Positions 37,784 to 47,248 of a stretch of DNA of 64,000 nt are shown in pieces (within the stretch, counting starts at the first letter, position 1; each line of letters begins with the position of its first letter). The stretch covers positions 15,025 to 79,024 of the forward strand of contig JANMLN010000057.1 of NCBI GenBank assembly GCA_031372565.1, read 5' to 3'. The position numbers were made by a program, and so were the translations under genes. The notes below the pieces were generated by a model. It had not been told where the DNA came from and did no database searches. It saw only the letters and a program-made list of their open reading frames with translations. Source of the DNA: Gemmatimonadota bacterium (GTDB lineage Bacteria > Gemmatimonadota > Gemmatimonadetes > Gemmatimonadales > Gemmatimonadaceae).

Positions 37784-37806
37784 GCCGCGCGCCGCTCGGG
37801 CGCGGC
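37784..37806. terminator. Hairpin between convergent genes
   Basis: GCCGCGC...GCGCGGC inverted repeat; no U-tract. Confidence 0.35.
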
Positions 37807-37813
37807 GACCGCC

Positions 37814-38959
37814 CTACCAGCGCGTCGTCGCCGGCTGGAACGTGCGCCAGCTGTGCCAGTATTCCTGACTCGCGAGCAGGCGCGGAAGTTCACCCGACGG
37901 GCCACGACCATGCAGCGCGTAGGCGTGCCCGTCGCCGTCCATGAGCGAATCGCCACGCCACGCGTAGCGCAGCTCGGATGATGGTCGGCGAAACGCCGCG
38001 AAGCTGGCCGTATCGCGTCCCAGCGCGAGAAGCAGCGGCACGCCCCCGAGCGTGTCGAGCACGAGCCGCTCGCGCTTGAGCCGATTCCAGTCATACGCGC
38101 GGCTTGCGCCGCCTGCCGAGATGCCCACCACCCAGGACTTGTCCTGCCACGACGCCGTGTCGGTGCCGGTGAGTCGGCTGCGACTCGCGCCGATCTCCAT
38201 CGAGTCGCTCTTCGGATAGCGCGCAAGAGCGGCCGTGTCGGCCTGCATGATGCGGCTCTCTGGGTAGAGGCTCAGCCACTGCCGCAGTGTCACCTGCATG
38301 CTGGGGACCTCGCGCATGACCTGACCGAGCCGAGGACCGGCCACCGCCTCGCCGTTCGCCTGCCGCCACCAGCTGCCGGTGGTGCGATCCTCGAGCATCG
38401 CGTTGAAGTGATCCATGCCCACCAGGCGGAACGTCTCGGCGCGCCCGTCGAGCACCGGCGAGAAGACGCGCCCGGTGCGGCAGACCGTGCAGTAGGACAC
38501 CAGCACCGGCTGCCCCCCGACGGAGTCGGGCACCTGATGGTGATAGCCGATGAACTTGAGCGGATACGCCTTGGCCTCGCCGTTGATCGCGACGCCCACG
38601 ACGAGGCGTTCGAGCGCCACCGTGTTGCGCTCCGGCGTGGCCATCACGAGGTGCTGCGGCACGAGGAACATGTGGTCGGCGGACATCCGCATGTTCACCG
38701 TCCACGCCACGCAGGCCGCGACCACGGCTCCCACCAGCGCGAGCCACCGTTGACGCGGCGCGACGCTGACGAGGGCTGGGAGACCGGCGAGCGCTACCAG
38801 AGCAAGCGCACCGCGCACCCACCACCGCCACTGGTAGACGGCGTACGCGAACTCGAGGCTTCGCATGCGCTGGCTGCCGGGCATGGGCATGATGAAATAC
38901 ACGTTCGCGAATTCGAACAGCACGAACGCGACACACGCTGCGAGGAACAGCTTCTTCAC
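37814..38959 (-). CDS. DUF3179 domain membrane protein with CxxC
   Basis: N-terminal TMs; V.GV.INGEAKAYP, SYCTVCRTG, D..TGSWW.Q..GEAV.GP, YW.SW..F.P.T; GTGA-coupled to trehalase. Confidence 0.8.
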   Translation of the reverse strand: MKKLFLAACVAFVLFEFANVYFIMPMPGSQRMRSLEFAYAVYQWRWWVRGALALVALAGLPALVSVAPRQRWLALVGAVVAACVAWTVNMRMSADHMFLVPQHLVMATPERNTVALERLVVGVAINGEAKAYPLKFIGYHHQVPDSVGGQPVLVSYCTVCRTGRVFSPVLDGRAETFRLVGMDHFNAMLEDRTTGSWWRQANGEAVAGPRLGQVMREVPSMQVTLRQWLSLYPESRIMQADTAALARYPKSDSMEIGASRSRLTGTDTASWQDKSWVVGISAGGASRAYDWNRLKRERLVLDTLGGVPLLLALGRDTASFAAFRRPSSELRYAWRGDSLMDGDGHAYALHGRGPSGELPRLLASQEYWHSWRTFQPATTRW

Positions 38960-40602
38960 GGCACGGCTCGCTGTCGCATGAACGTGAGCGTCACGCCATT
39001 GGTCCACCCGAATCCGTCCTGACCAGGATACTCCCCACCGCCGCCGGGGCGGCTCGCATCGATCATGTCGTACTTCTCCGTCAGCTTGCCCGTTGCGGCA
39101 TACACCCGTTGTGCCGCCGCCAACCACCGCTCTCGCCCCGCGTCGGCGACATCCCCGCGCCCGTAACGCCGTGCGCCCTCGGCCGCGAGCCACTGCAGCG
39201 GCGCCCACCCGTTGGGTGCATCCCACTGCTGACCGCTCGTGATCGTCGTCGTCACGAAGCCGCCCGCGCGCAGGAAGTCGCGCGCGATGCGGTCCGCCAC
39301 GCGCGCACCTTGTGCAGGCGTCGCGATATCGAAGTACAGCGCGCTCGCGGCCGCGAGCGTGGGGCGGTCGGTCACCCGCTCCCGCGAGCGCCAGCGCACG
39401 TCGTAGTAGAAGCCGGAGGCGTCATCCCACATGAGCGCGCGCATCGCGGCGCGCCGCGCCTCGGCGCGCGCGTCGTACCCCCGCGCGACCTCCGCGTCGC
39501 CATTCGCACCGCGTGCACGACGCAGGGCCGCGATCGTCCGCTCGGTGTTGTACAGCAGCGCGTTCAGGTCCACCGGAACCAGCGCCGTGGTCTCGAGCGT
39601 GCGCAGGTCGGACGGGTCGCGCATCCAGCGGCTGGAGAAGTCCCACCCGCTCTCGGCGGCCGCGCGCAGCTCGCGCCACAGCGCCGGGCGATCCGCGCTC
39701 GGGAGCGACGCAGCCGTGACGACGTCCTCGCGGTACGACTCGGGACGGGGATCCTCCCGATCGTCCCAGTAGCGATTGAGCACCCCGCCATCGGCGAGGC
39801 GCACGACACGGCGCACGGCCGTGCCCGGCGCAGCATCGCGCTCGCCGGCCATCCAGAACGCGTGCTCTGCCTCGATCGCGCTCAGGAACGCCAACGCCTG
39901 CGTCGTGTCCGCGGCCCGCGCGTAGAGACCCACCATCGCCGCGAAGTACGGCGGCTGGCTGCGGCTGAGGTAGTACGACCGGTTGCCGTTGGGGATGTGC
40001 CCGTGCGTGCGGACGAGGTGGGCAAAGTTCTCGAGCATTCCACGAATGGTCGCGGTACGTCCACTGGCCGCGAGGCCGAGCATGGTGAAGTACGAATCCC
40101 AGTAGTAGACCTCGCGGAACCGCCCGCCCGGAACCACATACGGCTGCGGCAGCGGCAGGCGCGACGACCACCGCTGCGGTGCGTCTGCAGGCCGAGTCAG
40201 TGCGCTCCACAGTTCATCGATGTGCCGCTCAAGTGGGGACGCGTTGTAAGCCGGCGCGGGAAGCACTGGCGCAGCGGGAAGCTCGAAATGCGTCGCGACG
40301 AATGCGGGCAGGTTCACCGGCCCCGCCCGGCGCGCACTCTCGTACGCAGCGCGCACGGCCGGGGCGCCGTCGCGCGGGATGGCATCGGCGAATGTCTTCG
40401 AGTCTGGAAAGACGCGCGCCAACTGCACGTCGGCAAAGAGCGACCCCAGGTCGCGCGACGGGTCGTACATCGTCGATCCGGCCTCGGACGCGATCGTGGA
40501 CGCCACCGTGCTCTTCGTCTCTGTCGGGCGGCATCCGGCAACGGCCAACGCAGCCACCACGGCCAGCGCCACAGAGCGGCGCTCCAACGCCTGTCGACGC
40601 AT
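38956..40602 (-). CDS. treA: GH37 alpha,alpha-trehalase, lipoprotein
   Basis: DSKTFAD, PGGRFREVYYWDSY, PNGNRSYYLSRSQPP, AAESGWDFSSRW, QQWDAPNGWAP, QDGFGWTNG; LAVAGC lipobox. Confidence 0.95.
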   Translation of the reverse strand: MRRQALERRSVALAVVAALAVAGCRPTETKSTVASTIASEAGSTMYDPSRDLGSLFADVQLARVFPDSKTFADAIPRDGAPAVRAAYESARRAGPVNLPAFVATHFELPAAPVLPAPAYNASPLERHIDELWSALTRPADAPQRWSSRLPLPQPYVVPGGRFREVYYWDSYFTMLGLAASGRTATIRGMLENFAHLVRTHGHIPNGNRSYYLSRSQPPYFAAMVGLYARAADTTQALAFLSAIEAEHAFWMAGERDAAPGTAVRRVVRLADGGVLNRYWDDREDPRPESYREDVVTAASLPSADRPALWRELRAAAESGWDFSSRWMRDPSDLRTLETTALVPVDLNALLYNTERTIAALRRARGANGDAEVARGYDARAEARRAAMRALMWDDASGFYYDVRWRSRERVTDRPTLAAASALYFDIATPAQGARVADRIARDFLRAGGFVTTTITSGQQWDAPNGWAPLQWLAAEGARRYGRGDVADAGRERWLAAAQRVYAATGKLTEKYDMIDASRPGGGGEYPGQDGFGWTNGVTLTFMRQRAVP

Positions 40603-41960
40603 CAGTGCACCGGCGCCGGCGTCGGTACCGCCGAGCCGGCGGCGCGCGACGTTCGAACAAACAGCGCCGCCACCGCGGCACAGAGCAGCAGCCCGCCGGC
40701 CAGACGCACCACGTTGCGCGGATCGCCCGCGAGCAGGCTGTGGTAATACAGCGGGAGCGTCAGGATCTGGATCATCATCGGGATGACGATGAACATGTTG
40801 AAGATCCCCATGTAGACCCCCGTCCGCTCTGGTGGGATGCTGCCCGCGAGCATGATGTACGGGTTGCCCATGATGCTCGCCCAGCACAGCCCGATGCCGA
40901 TCATCGGCACGAAGAGCAGGGCACGGTCGGTAATGGACGGAATCCACAACATGGCGAGTCCCGCGAGCGTCAGGCAGAGCGCGTGTACCACCTTCGGTCC
41001 GAGCCGCCGCGCAAAAGGTACCATCGCGAACGCCGCCACGAACGCGATTGCGTTGTAGAAACCGCCGATCTGTCCGTTCACCAGCACCGCCTCCCGGAAT
41101 CCGTTCGAGGTCGCGTCGCGCGTGTCGAAGAGCGTGACCCCCAGCGACAGCACGATGTACTGCCAATAGCAGAACATGGCGTACCACTGGAAGAGCTTCA
41201 TCACGGCGAGTTGCCGCATGGTCAGGGGCATGTCCCGCACCGCTTCGACAATCTCGGTCAGGATGGCGCCCGGCCCCCGCGCCTGCGCCTGGAGGCGCGC
41301 ACGCTCCTCTGGCGAGAGCGGCAACTCCGGCGTCGTCCGCACGGTAATCAGCACGCTCGCGATCGAACACACGGCCCCGACGAGGAAGGCGATCATCGTG
41401 ATGAGCGGAATCCCCCGTCCCGTCAGGGCATCGCGGTTCATCCCGAGGAACACGAGCAGGCTTGGCGTCAGGTACGACAGCGTCTGTCCGAGCCCGGTGA
41501 ACGCGCTCTGCGTCAGGAAGCCGATCGAGTGTTGCGTCGCGTCCAGTCGATCGGTGACGAACGCGCGGTACGGCTCCATCGTCACGTTGTTGGCCGCATC
41601 GAGAATCCACAGCAGCCCCGCGGCCATCCAGAGCGATCGGCTGAACGGCATCGCCAGAAGGCTCAACGAACAGATCCATGCCCCCACGAGGAAGTACGGC
41701 GTTCGGCGACCGCGCGGGCTGTCGGTCCGGTCGCTCATGGCGCCGATGATCGGCTGCACGATCAATCCGGTCACGGGCCCGGCCAGCCACAGCAGCGGGA
41801 GCGACACCTCATCGGCGCCCAGGATCCGGTAAATCGGGCTCATGTTGCTCTGCTGCAGCCCGAAGCTGTACTGGATTCCGAAGAACCCGACGTTCATGTT
41901 CAGGATCTGGCTGAACGTCAGGTGTGGCCGAACCGCCGTGGGAGCCAAGGGGCTTGTCAT
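40602..41960 (-). CDS. MFS disaccharide transporter (SLC45/MalT-like)
   Basis: [62 protein letters not shown]. Confidence 0.92.
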   Translation of the reverse strand: MTSPLAPTAVRPHLTFSQILNMNVGFFGIQYSFGLQQSNMSPIYRILGADEVSLPLLWLAGPVTGLIVQPIIGAMSDRTDSPRGRRTPYFLVGAWICSLSLLAMPFSRSLWMAAGLLWILDAANNVTMEPYRAFVTDRLDATQHSIGFLTQSAFTGLGQTLSYLTPSLLVFLGMNRDALTGRGIPLITMIAFLVGAVCSIASVLITVRTTPELPLSPEERARLQAQARGPGAILTEIVEAVRDMPLTMRQLAVMKLFQWYAMFCYWQYIVLSLGVTLFDTRDATSNGFREAVLVNGQIGGFYNAIAFVAAFAMVPFARRLGPKVVHALCLTLAGLAMLWIPSITDRALLFVPMIGIGLCWASIMGNPYIMLAGSIPPERTGVYMGIFNMFIVIPMMIQILTLPLYYHSLLAGDPRNVVRLAGGLLLCAAVAALFVRTSRAAGSAVPTPAPVH

Positions 41961-41983
41961 GGCACAAATCTCCCCAAGGGACC

Positions 41984-43195
41984 GTGACTGTAAAGGCCAA
42001 TTCCCAAGCTGCCGAAACGGATGTCCCGCCGCGTGCGAGCGGTACTCCGTCCGCCGATGTCCTCCCCGAGGCGGCGCTCTCCCTGCTACGGCAGCTGACC
42101 GGGCCGCACGGCATTCAGGCGTCCGCCGCTCACGGGGCGACGGCGGAGTATCACGCCGTCTTCACGCGCGACGCCATCATGGCGGGGATCGCCGGCCTCC
42201 TGGCCGACGATCCGAGGATCGCCGAGGGGCTGGGATGCACGCTCGACACGCTGTGCGCCAACCTGGGCGCCGAAGGACAAGTCCCCTCCAACGTGCGCAT
42301 CCTCTCCAGCGGAGAGGCGCACGTCTCATTCGGATCCCTCGCGCCGCGTCTCGACGGTGCCGGCTGGTTCCTCGTGGGTGCCGGGCTTGCCGTGCGGCAT
42401 GGCGTGCGCGAGGCCGCCCCGTTGGCGGACGCGGTGCATCGCGTGGTGCGGCTGCTCGACGCCCTCGAGTACAACGGGCGGCACCTGCTCTATCTGCCCG
42501 CCGGCGGCAACTGGGCTGACGAGTACGTGACCGACGGCTGGACACTCTCCGACCAGGCGCTGCGAGCGTGGGGCCTCCAGCTCTGCGCCACGGCCTTTGG
42601 CCAGCCGGCATGGGCAACGAAGGCCGACGCCATCGGCGCTGCGGTCGCCGAGCGCTTCCGCGATCACGACGCCGACGGCCCCGGCCCACACTGGCCGCTG
42701 GCGAGCGTGAACCCCACCGGCGCTCGCCGCACACTTGACCTCGCGGGCTGTGCCCTCCTCGGCGTGGCAGGCACAGCCGGGCCGCTCGCGGACGACGCCC
42801 TCGACGCGATCACGGCGCGGTTCCTGACCGCGGGGCGGCTGCCTCCTGCCTTCCACCCGGTGATTCACGAGGGCGATGCCGAGTGGCCCGCCCTGCGGCG
42901 CTATCACCTGCATGCCTTCCGCAACGCGCCGCACGAATACCACAACGGCGGCATCTGGCCGATCTGGCTCGGCTGGCTCGCGCTCGCGCTTGCCGCGCGC
43001 CAGCGAACCGAGGCCCTCGCCACGTTGCGCGCGCTCGTGTCCCGCGCCGTCAACGTGCCGGGCTTCGCCCAGCACGAGTTCCTGCATGGCGAGACGCTGG
43101 CGCCGATGGGGAATGCCGACATGGCGTACACGGCCACAGGACTCGTGATGCTCGCGGTCGCCGGCACCCCCGCCCAACGCCGCACCCTGGAATGA
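41984..43195 (+). CDS. GH100-like (alpha/alpha)6 glycosidase (start uncertain)
   Basis: Y.AVFTRDA, GQVPSNV, GGNWADEY, EYHNGGIWP, HEFLHG; resembles neutral-invertase motifs; no signal peptide. Confidence 0.7.
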   Translation: MTVKANSQAAETDVPPRASGTPSADVLPEAALSLLRQLTGPHGIQASAAHGATAEYHAVFTRDAIMAGIAGLLADDPRIAEGLGCTLDTLCANLGAEGQVPSNVRILSSGEAHVSFGSLAPRLDGAGWFLVGAGLAVRHGVREAAPLADAVHRVVRLLDALEYNGRHLLYLPAGGNWADEYVTDGWTLSDQALRAWGLQLCATAFGQPAWATKADAIGAAVAERFRDHDADGPGPHWPLASVNPTGARRTLDLAGCALLGVAGTAGPLADDALDAITARFLTAGRLPPAFHPVIHEGDAEWPALRRYHLHAFRNAPHEYHNGGIWPIWLGWLALALAARQRTEALATLRALVSRAVNVPGFAQHEFLHGETLAPMGNADMAYTATGLVMLAVAGTPAQRRTLE

Positions 43196-43869
43196 GCACG
43201 CCCGACGCGCACGCCAACAACGACGCGCACGCGATGCCGCGCGTCCCCGTCGGCACAGCCCTCGTAGGACTGCTGGCGCCGCTCCTCGGCGCCGTGCGCG
43301 CCGGCACCGCACGGCTCGTCATCGGATTCGGCGGTGAATCCGGGAGCGGCAAGAGCGAGACGGCGCGCGCCGTTGCGGTGGCCCTCGGCACCGAGGGAAT
43401 CGACGCCATCGTCCTGCATCAGGACGACTACTTCCTGCGCCCCCCGTACACGAATCACGCTTGGCGGCAGGCAGGCGGCCTCGAACGCGTCGGGCCGCAC
43501 GAGGTGGATCTGCCGCGGCTCACCACCCACATCGCGGCCTTCCGGCGAGGCGATGCCGACGTCACGGGGCCGCGCGTGGTCTATGCCGAGGACCGCTTCG
43601 ACGAGCGGCGCCTCGATTTCTCCAGTGCCCGGGTGCTCTGCGTCGAGGGCACCTACGTCCTCACGCTCGACGATCTCGACGCGCGCGTGTTCTTCTCGGC
43701 CACGCATGCCCAGACCGCCGAGCGCCGCGCCGAGCGCGCGCGTGCGGCCGAGGAGCTGACACCATTCGTGGCCCGCGTGCTCGCACACGAACACGCGCTT
43801 ATCGCGCCGCTCGCGGCGCGCGCCGACATCATCGTGGACGCGGACTTCCGGATCGTGTCGCCGCGCTGA
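43192..43869 (+). CDS. Uridine kinase/PRK-like P-loop kinase
   Basis: IGFGGESGSGKS, LHQDDYF, VEGTY; ATGA-coupled. Confidence 0.8.
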   Translation: MSTPDAHANNDAHAMPRVPVGTALVGLLAPLLGAVRAGTARLVIGFGGESGSGKSETARAVAVALGTEGIDAIVLHQDDYFLRPPYTNHAWRQAGGLERVGPHEVDLPRLTTHIAAFRRGDADVTGPRVVYAEDRFDERRLDFSSARVLCVEGTYVLTLDDLDARVFFSATHAQTAERRAERARAAEELTPFVARVLAHEHALIAPLAARADIIVDADFRIVSPR

Positions 43870-46800
43870 CCGGTGGCGCGTCCGGGAGACGCAGAATCGT
43901 CAGGGTCTGGTTGTTGCGTGCGGCGACGATCGCCCGCCCTCCGCGAGCGAGGCGCAGCACGCGCAAGTGGCGTACATCGCCGTCCAAGCGCAGGCCGCTC
44001 GAGTCCGGATGCACCGGCGCAAACTTCCCGTCCCCGGTTCCGCGCAGCAACAGCCCCTCGCCTGCGTCATACCAGCCTTGCAACGGCGGCGCTCCGTGTT
44101 CGTTGCCCGCCGCGAGTACATCCACGCGTCCGTCACCGTCCACGTCGGTGACGATCGCCGCATGGATCGGCGCGAGTTGCGCGAGCGTCGGCAGCGGCGT
44201 GAGCACGAAGCGCGCTCCGCGGTTCATGGCGATCGCGCTGGCAAAGGTGCGCGCCTCGCGCACGGTCGCCTTCGCCAGGTCCGCCGCCGGAAAGAGCTGC
44301 TCGAGCGTACTCGCGCCGAACGACGCATACGTCGGATACTTCGGTCGCAACGACGGCACCAGCTTCACGATCTCGTCGCGGCCTTGCATCGGGTAGGCCG
44401 CGCCGTGCTTGAAGAAGGTGAGCGGCTGCTCCAGCGTCCCGTTGTGCTGGAAGTCCGCGATCGTCAACCGCGCGGGCTCGGCGTCGCTTGCGGTGATGTA
44501 GGAATTGCGGCCCAGATTCCCGAGCACGAGGTCGTCGCGGCCGTCGCCATCCAGGTCGGCGGCGGTCACGTGGTTCCACCATCCTTCGGTGCGCGCAAGC
44601 CCGACCTGCGCTGTAGCGTCGGTGAAGCGCCCCTGCGCCTGCCGGAACACGCGCACCGGCATCCACTCGCCCACCACGATCAGGTCCAACAGTCGGTCGC
44701 CGTCAACATCGGTCCACGCCGCCGATGCGACCATGCCGGCCTGCGCCAGCGCGGGCGCAACCTGCGCCGTCACGTCGGTGAACCGTCCCGTGCCGTCGTT
44801 GTGCAGCAGGTGGCTCGCGGGCGTGAGCCCGTACTGCCGTGAGACGACGCGTGCGCCGAGAAAGAGATCGGGGTGCCCGTCGCCGTCGTAGTCGCCGACT
44901 GTGACGCAGCCGAAGTTCTCGAAGATCGCCGGCAGCGCGTCGGGCGCGGCGCTGAAGCTGCCTCGGCCGTCGTTGAGGTACAGGCGCGGCCGCAGCTGCG
45001 GCGCGTTGCCCCAGAACTCGTTCCCAGCGGGCACCACGACCAGATCGAGGTCGCCGTCGCCGTCGACGTCCACAAAGGCCGCATCCACATCCTCTGAGGT
45101 GCTGTCGGCGGCGATCGCGGGCTGTGTCATCGGGACGAAGCGTCCGTCGGCCCCCTGTCGCAGGACGGTCGATGGCTGGAACTTGGCACCACCCACGAAC
45201 AGATCGTCACGCCCGTCGCCGTCCACATCCCCGACCGCGAGCGCCGGACCGAGTCGCGAGAGGAGGTGCGGCATCATCGGCTCGCGATCGAAGTCCTGCG
45301 ACTCGGTCTCGTGGTGCACCCACGCGAGCCCCGTCATGGCCGTCACATCGCGCAGCAGCGTCGGCACCGTCAGCGGCGGTCGGGCCGAGCGCCGGACCGC
45401 GTCCGCTTGGCGCAGCACGAGTCCGCGATTGGCCGGCGGGCGCGCGATGACTTGATCCCGGCCGTCCGGCCACCTGACCACGACGGAATCGACCACGGTG
45501 TCGCGCCCGAGACCGAAGTGCAACCGAGGGTCCACGCTGGACTGGAATCCACGCGTCGGCACGGCCTCGCGCAGTTGCGCCCCTCCGGCGGAATACAGGC
45601 GCACGCGCGCGCCGATTCCCCCGGTGTTCGCCCCGTCGCCCGAGAGCGTCACGGTGAGCGAAGCGTTGCCGTTCCGCTGCCTCGCCATGTTCCGGTAGAT
45701 CGATGCCGGCGCGTTGATCCGGCTCAGCACCAGGTCCAGCGACCCGGTGTTGTCGAGGTCGACGTAGATCGCCCCATTGGAGAAGCCGCGCTCACCCAGG
45801 CCCCACTCAGCGGCCTTGTCCGTGAAGTGCAGCTCCCCGTCATTCCGGAAAAGATGGTTCGCGACCGGCACCTGCGGCATGCGCGTGAGGAGCGCCAGCG
45901 CCTTCTCGTCGACGCCGTTCGCCAGCGACGCCTGCTGGGCATCATTGCCGACGAAGTTGATGTAGTCGAGGTCGTTCGGCCGGCGATAGATCCCGCTCGA
46001 GACGAACAGGTCCTGGCGGCCGTCGTTGTCCACGTCCGCAAAGAGCGGCGCCCAGCTCCAATCCGTCGCGGCAACGCCCGCGAGGAAGGCGACATCGGAG
46101 AAGCGCCCGCCCCCGCGATTGAGCTGCAACGTGTTGCGGGCAAACTGCGCGTGATACCCCGCCTTGAGTCGCAGATTGAACAGGTTCCATGACTCCGACG
46201 CGGCCGACGTCTTGAGGACGTCCTCACGGTCGGGGAACATGTCGGCGACAAACAGGTCGGGCCGCCCGTCATTATCCACGTCCCCCGCGTCCACTCCCAT
46301 CGAGAAGCGACTCGTGTGCCGGGTGGCAGACGAGATCCGCTCCGTGAAGCGGCCGTTGCACTCGTTGTGGTACAGGAAGTCCTGCTCCTGGAAGTCATTC
46401 GCGACGTAGACGTCGAGGCACCCGTCGCCGTCGTAGTCGGTGGCCACTACCCCTAAGCCGAACCCTTCGATGCCGCCGAAGATGCCGGCCTCGGCCGAGA
46501 CATCGGCGAACCGTCCGCGATCATTGCGGAAGAGCCGACCGCCGCCGAGGGGGCTCCGCACGTCGCGCTTGAGCGCGCTGCCGATGGCGCGCTCGGTGTG
46601 CGTGGAGTGACTCAACAGGAACAGGTCGAGGTCGCCGTCGCGGTCGTAGTCGAGGAAGAGCGCTTGCGTCGAGTAGCCGACATGCGCCAGGCCCACTGAC
46701 TCGGCGCGGTCGGTGAAGGTGCCGTCCCCGTTGTTGATGTACAGGGCGTTGCGTCCCTTCAGGCCGAGGTAGGTGACGGTCGAGACGTAGATGTCGAGTC

Positions 46801-47248
46801 GGCCGTCGCCGTTGACGTCGGCCATCGCCACGCCGGTCTTCCATCCATCCGGCCCAGCGACGCCCGCGCGGTCGGTGACGTCCTCGAACCGGTAGCCGCC
46901 GCGGTTCAGGTAGAGCCGGTTCTTTCCGAGGTTGCTCGTGAAGTACAGGTCGGGGCGGCCATCGCCATCCACATCACCCGCCGCGACGCCACCGCCGTTG
47001 TAGTAGTACAGGTAGTTCAGGATGTTGATGTCCTTCGCCTCGGGCAGCTCGTTGGCGAAGGACACCCCCGTCGCGGACGGCGCAAGCGACTCGAACAGTG
47101 GCGCCTCCGCCGTGGGGGCCGCGCCTTTACCCGTTGAGGACACGCCTCCGGCGCGATCGCCGCATCCCGACAGCACCACGAGCGTCGCGACCAGAGCACG
47201 TATCGCACGCGCAGCCGTGCCGCATGTTCGGCGACGACGCGGCACCAC
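43829..47248 (-). CDS. FG-GAP/VCBS repeat + ASPIC/UnbV lipoprotein (CRTAC1-like)
   Basis: Lipobox VLSGC; YYNGGGVA.GD.DGDG, many DxDGDGxxD repeats, ASPIC signature GIGARV...RGFQSS.D.RLHFGLG....VDSVVVRWPDG. Confidence 0.9.
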   Translation of the reverse strand: MVPRRRRTCGTAARAIRALVATLVVLSGCGDRAGGVSSTGKGAAPTAEAPLFESLAPSATGVSFANELPEAKDINILNYLYYYNGGGVAAGDVDGDGRPDLYFTSNLGKNRLYLNRGGYRFEDVTDRAGVAGPDGWKTGVAMADVNGDGRLDIYVSTVTYLGLKGRNALYINNGDGTFTDRAESVGLAHVGYSTQALFLDYDRDGDLDLFLLSHSTHTERAIGSALKRDVRSPLGGGRLFRNDRGRFADVSAEAGIFGGIEGFGLGVVATDYDGDGCLDVYVANDFQEQDFLYHNECNGRFTERISSATRHTSRFSMGVDAGDVDNDGRPDLFVADMFPDREDVLKTSAASESWNLFNLRLKAGYHAQFARNTLQLNRGGGRFSDVAFLAGVAATDWSWAPLFADVDNDGRQDLFVSSGIYRRPNDLDYINFVGNDAQQASLANGVDEKALALLTRMPQVPVANHLFRNDGELHFTDKAAEWGLGERGFSNGAIYVDLDNTGSLDLVLSRINAPASIYRNMARQRNGNASLTVTLSGDGANTGGIGARVRLYSAGGAQLREAVPTRGFQSSVDPRLHFGLGRDTVVDSVVVRWPDGRDQVIARPPANRGLVLRQADAVRRSARPPLTVPTLLRDVTAMTGLAWVHHETESQDFDREPMMPHLLSRLGPALAVGDVDGDGRDDLFVGGAKFQPSTVLRQGADGRFVPMTQPAIAADSTSEDVDAAFVDVDGDGDLDLVVVPAGNEFWGNAPQLRPRLYLNDGRGSFSAAPDALPAIFENFGCVTVGDYDGDGHPDLFLGARVVSRQYGLTPASHLLHNDGTGRFTDVTAQVAPALAQAGMVASAAWTDVDGDRLLDLIVVGEWMPVRVFRQAQGRFTDATAQVGLARTEGWWNHVTAADLDGDGRDDLVLGNLGRNSYITASDAEPARLTIADFQHNGTLEQPLTFFKHGAAYPMQGRDEIVKLVPSLRPKYPTYASFGASTLEQLFPAADLAKATVREARTFASAIAMNRGARFVLTPLPTLAQLAPIHAAIVTDVDGDGRVDVLAAGNEHGAPPLQGWYDAGEGLLLRGTGDGKFAPVHPDSSGLRLDGDVRHLRVLRLARGGRAIVAARNNQTLTILRLPDAPPVSAATRSGSPRPR

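Noticed and set aside
38956..41790. Apparent 944 aa MFS-trehalase fusion
   Set aside because: The upstream part is an off-frame reading of the MFS gene; trehalase starts at 40602 with its own lipoprotein signal
43192..43869. Phosphoribulokinase implying a Calvin cycle
   Set aside because: Too short, only the generic P-loop is shared, no cbb genes are nearby, and the context is sugar catabolism
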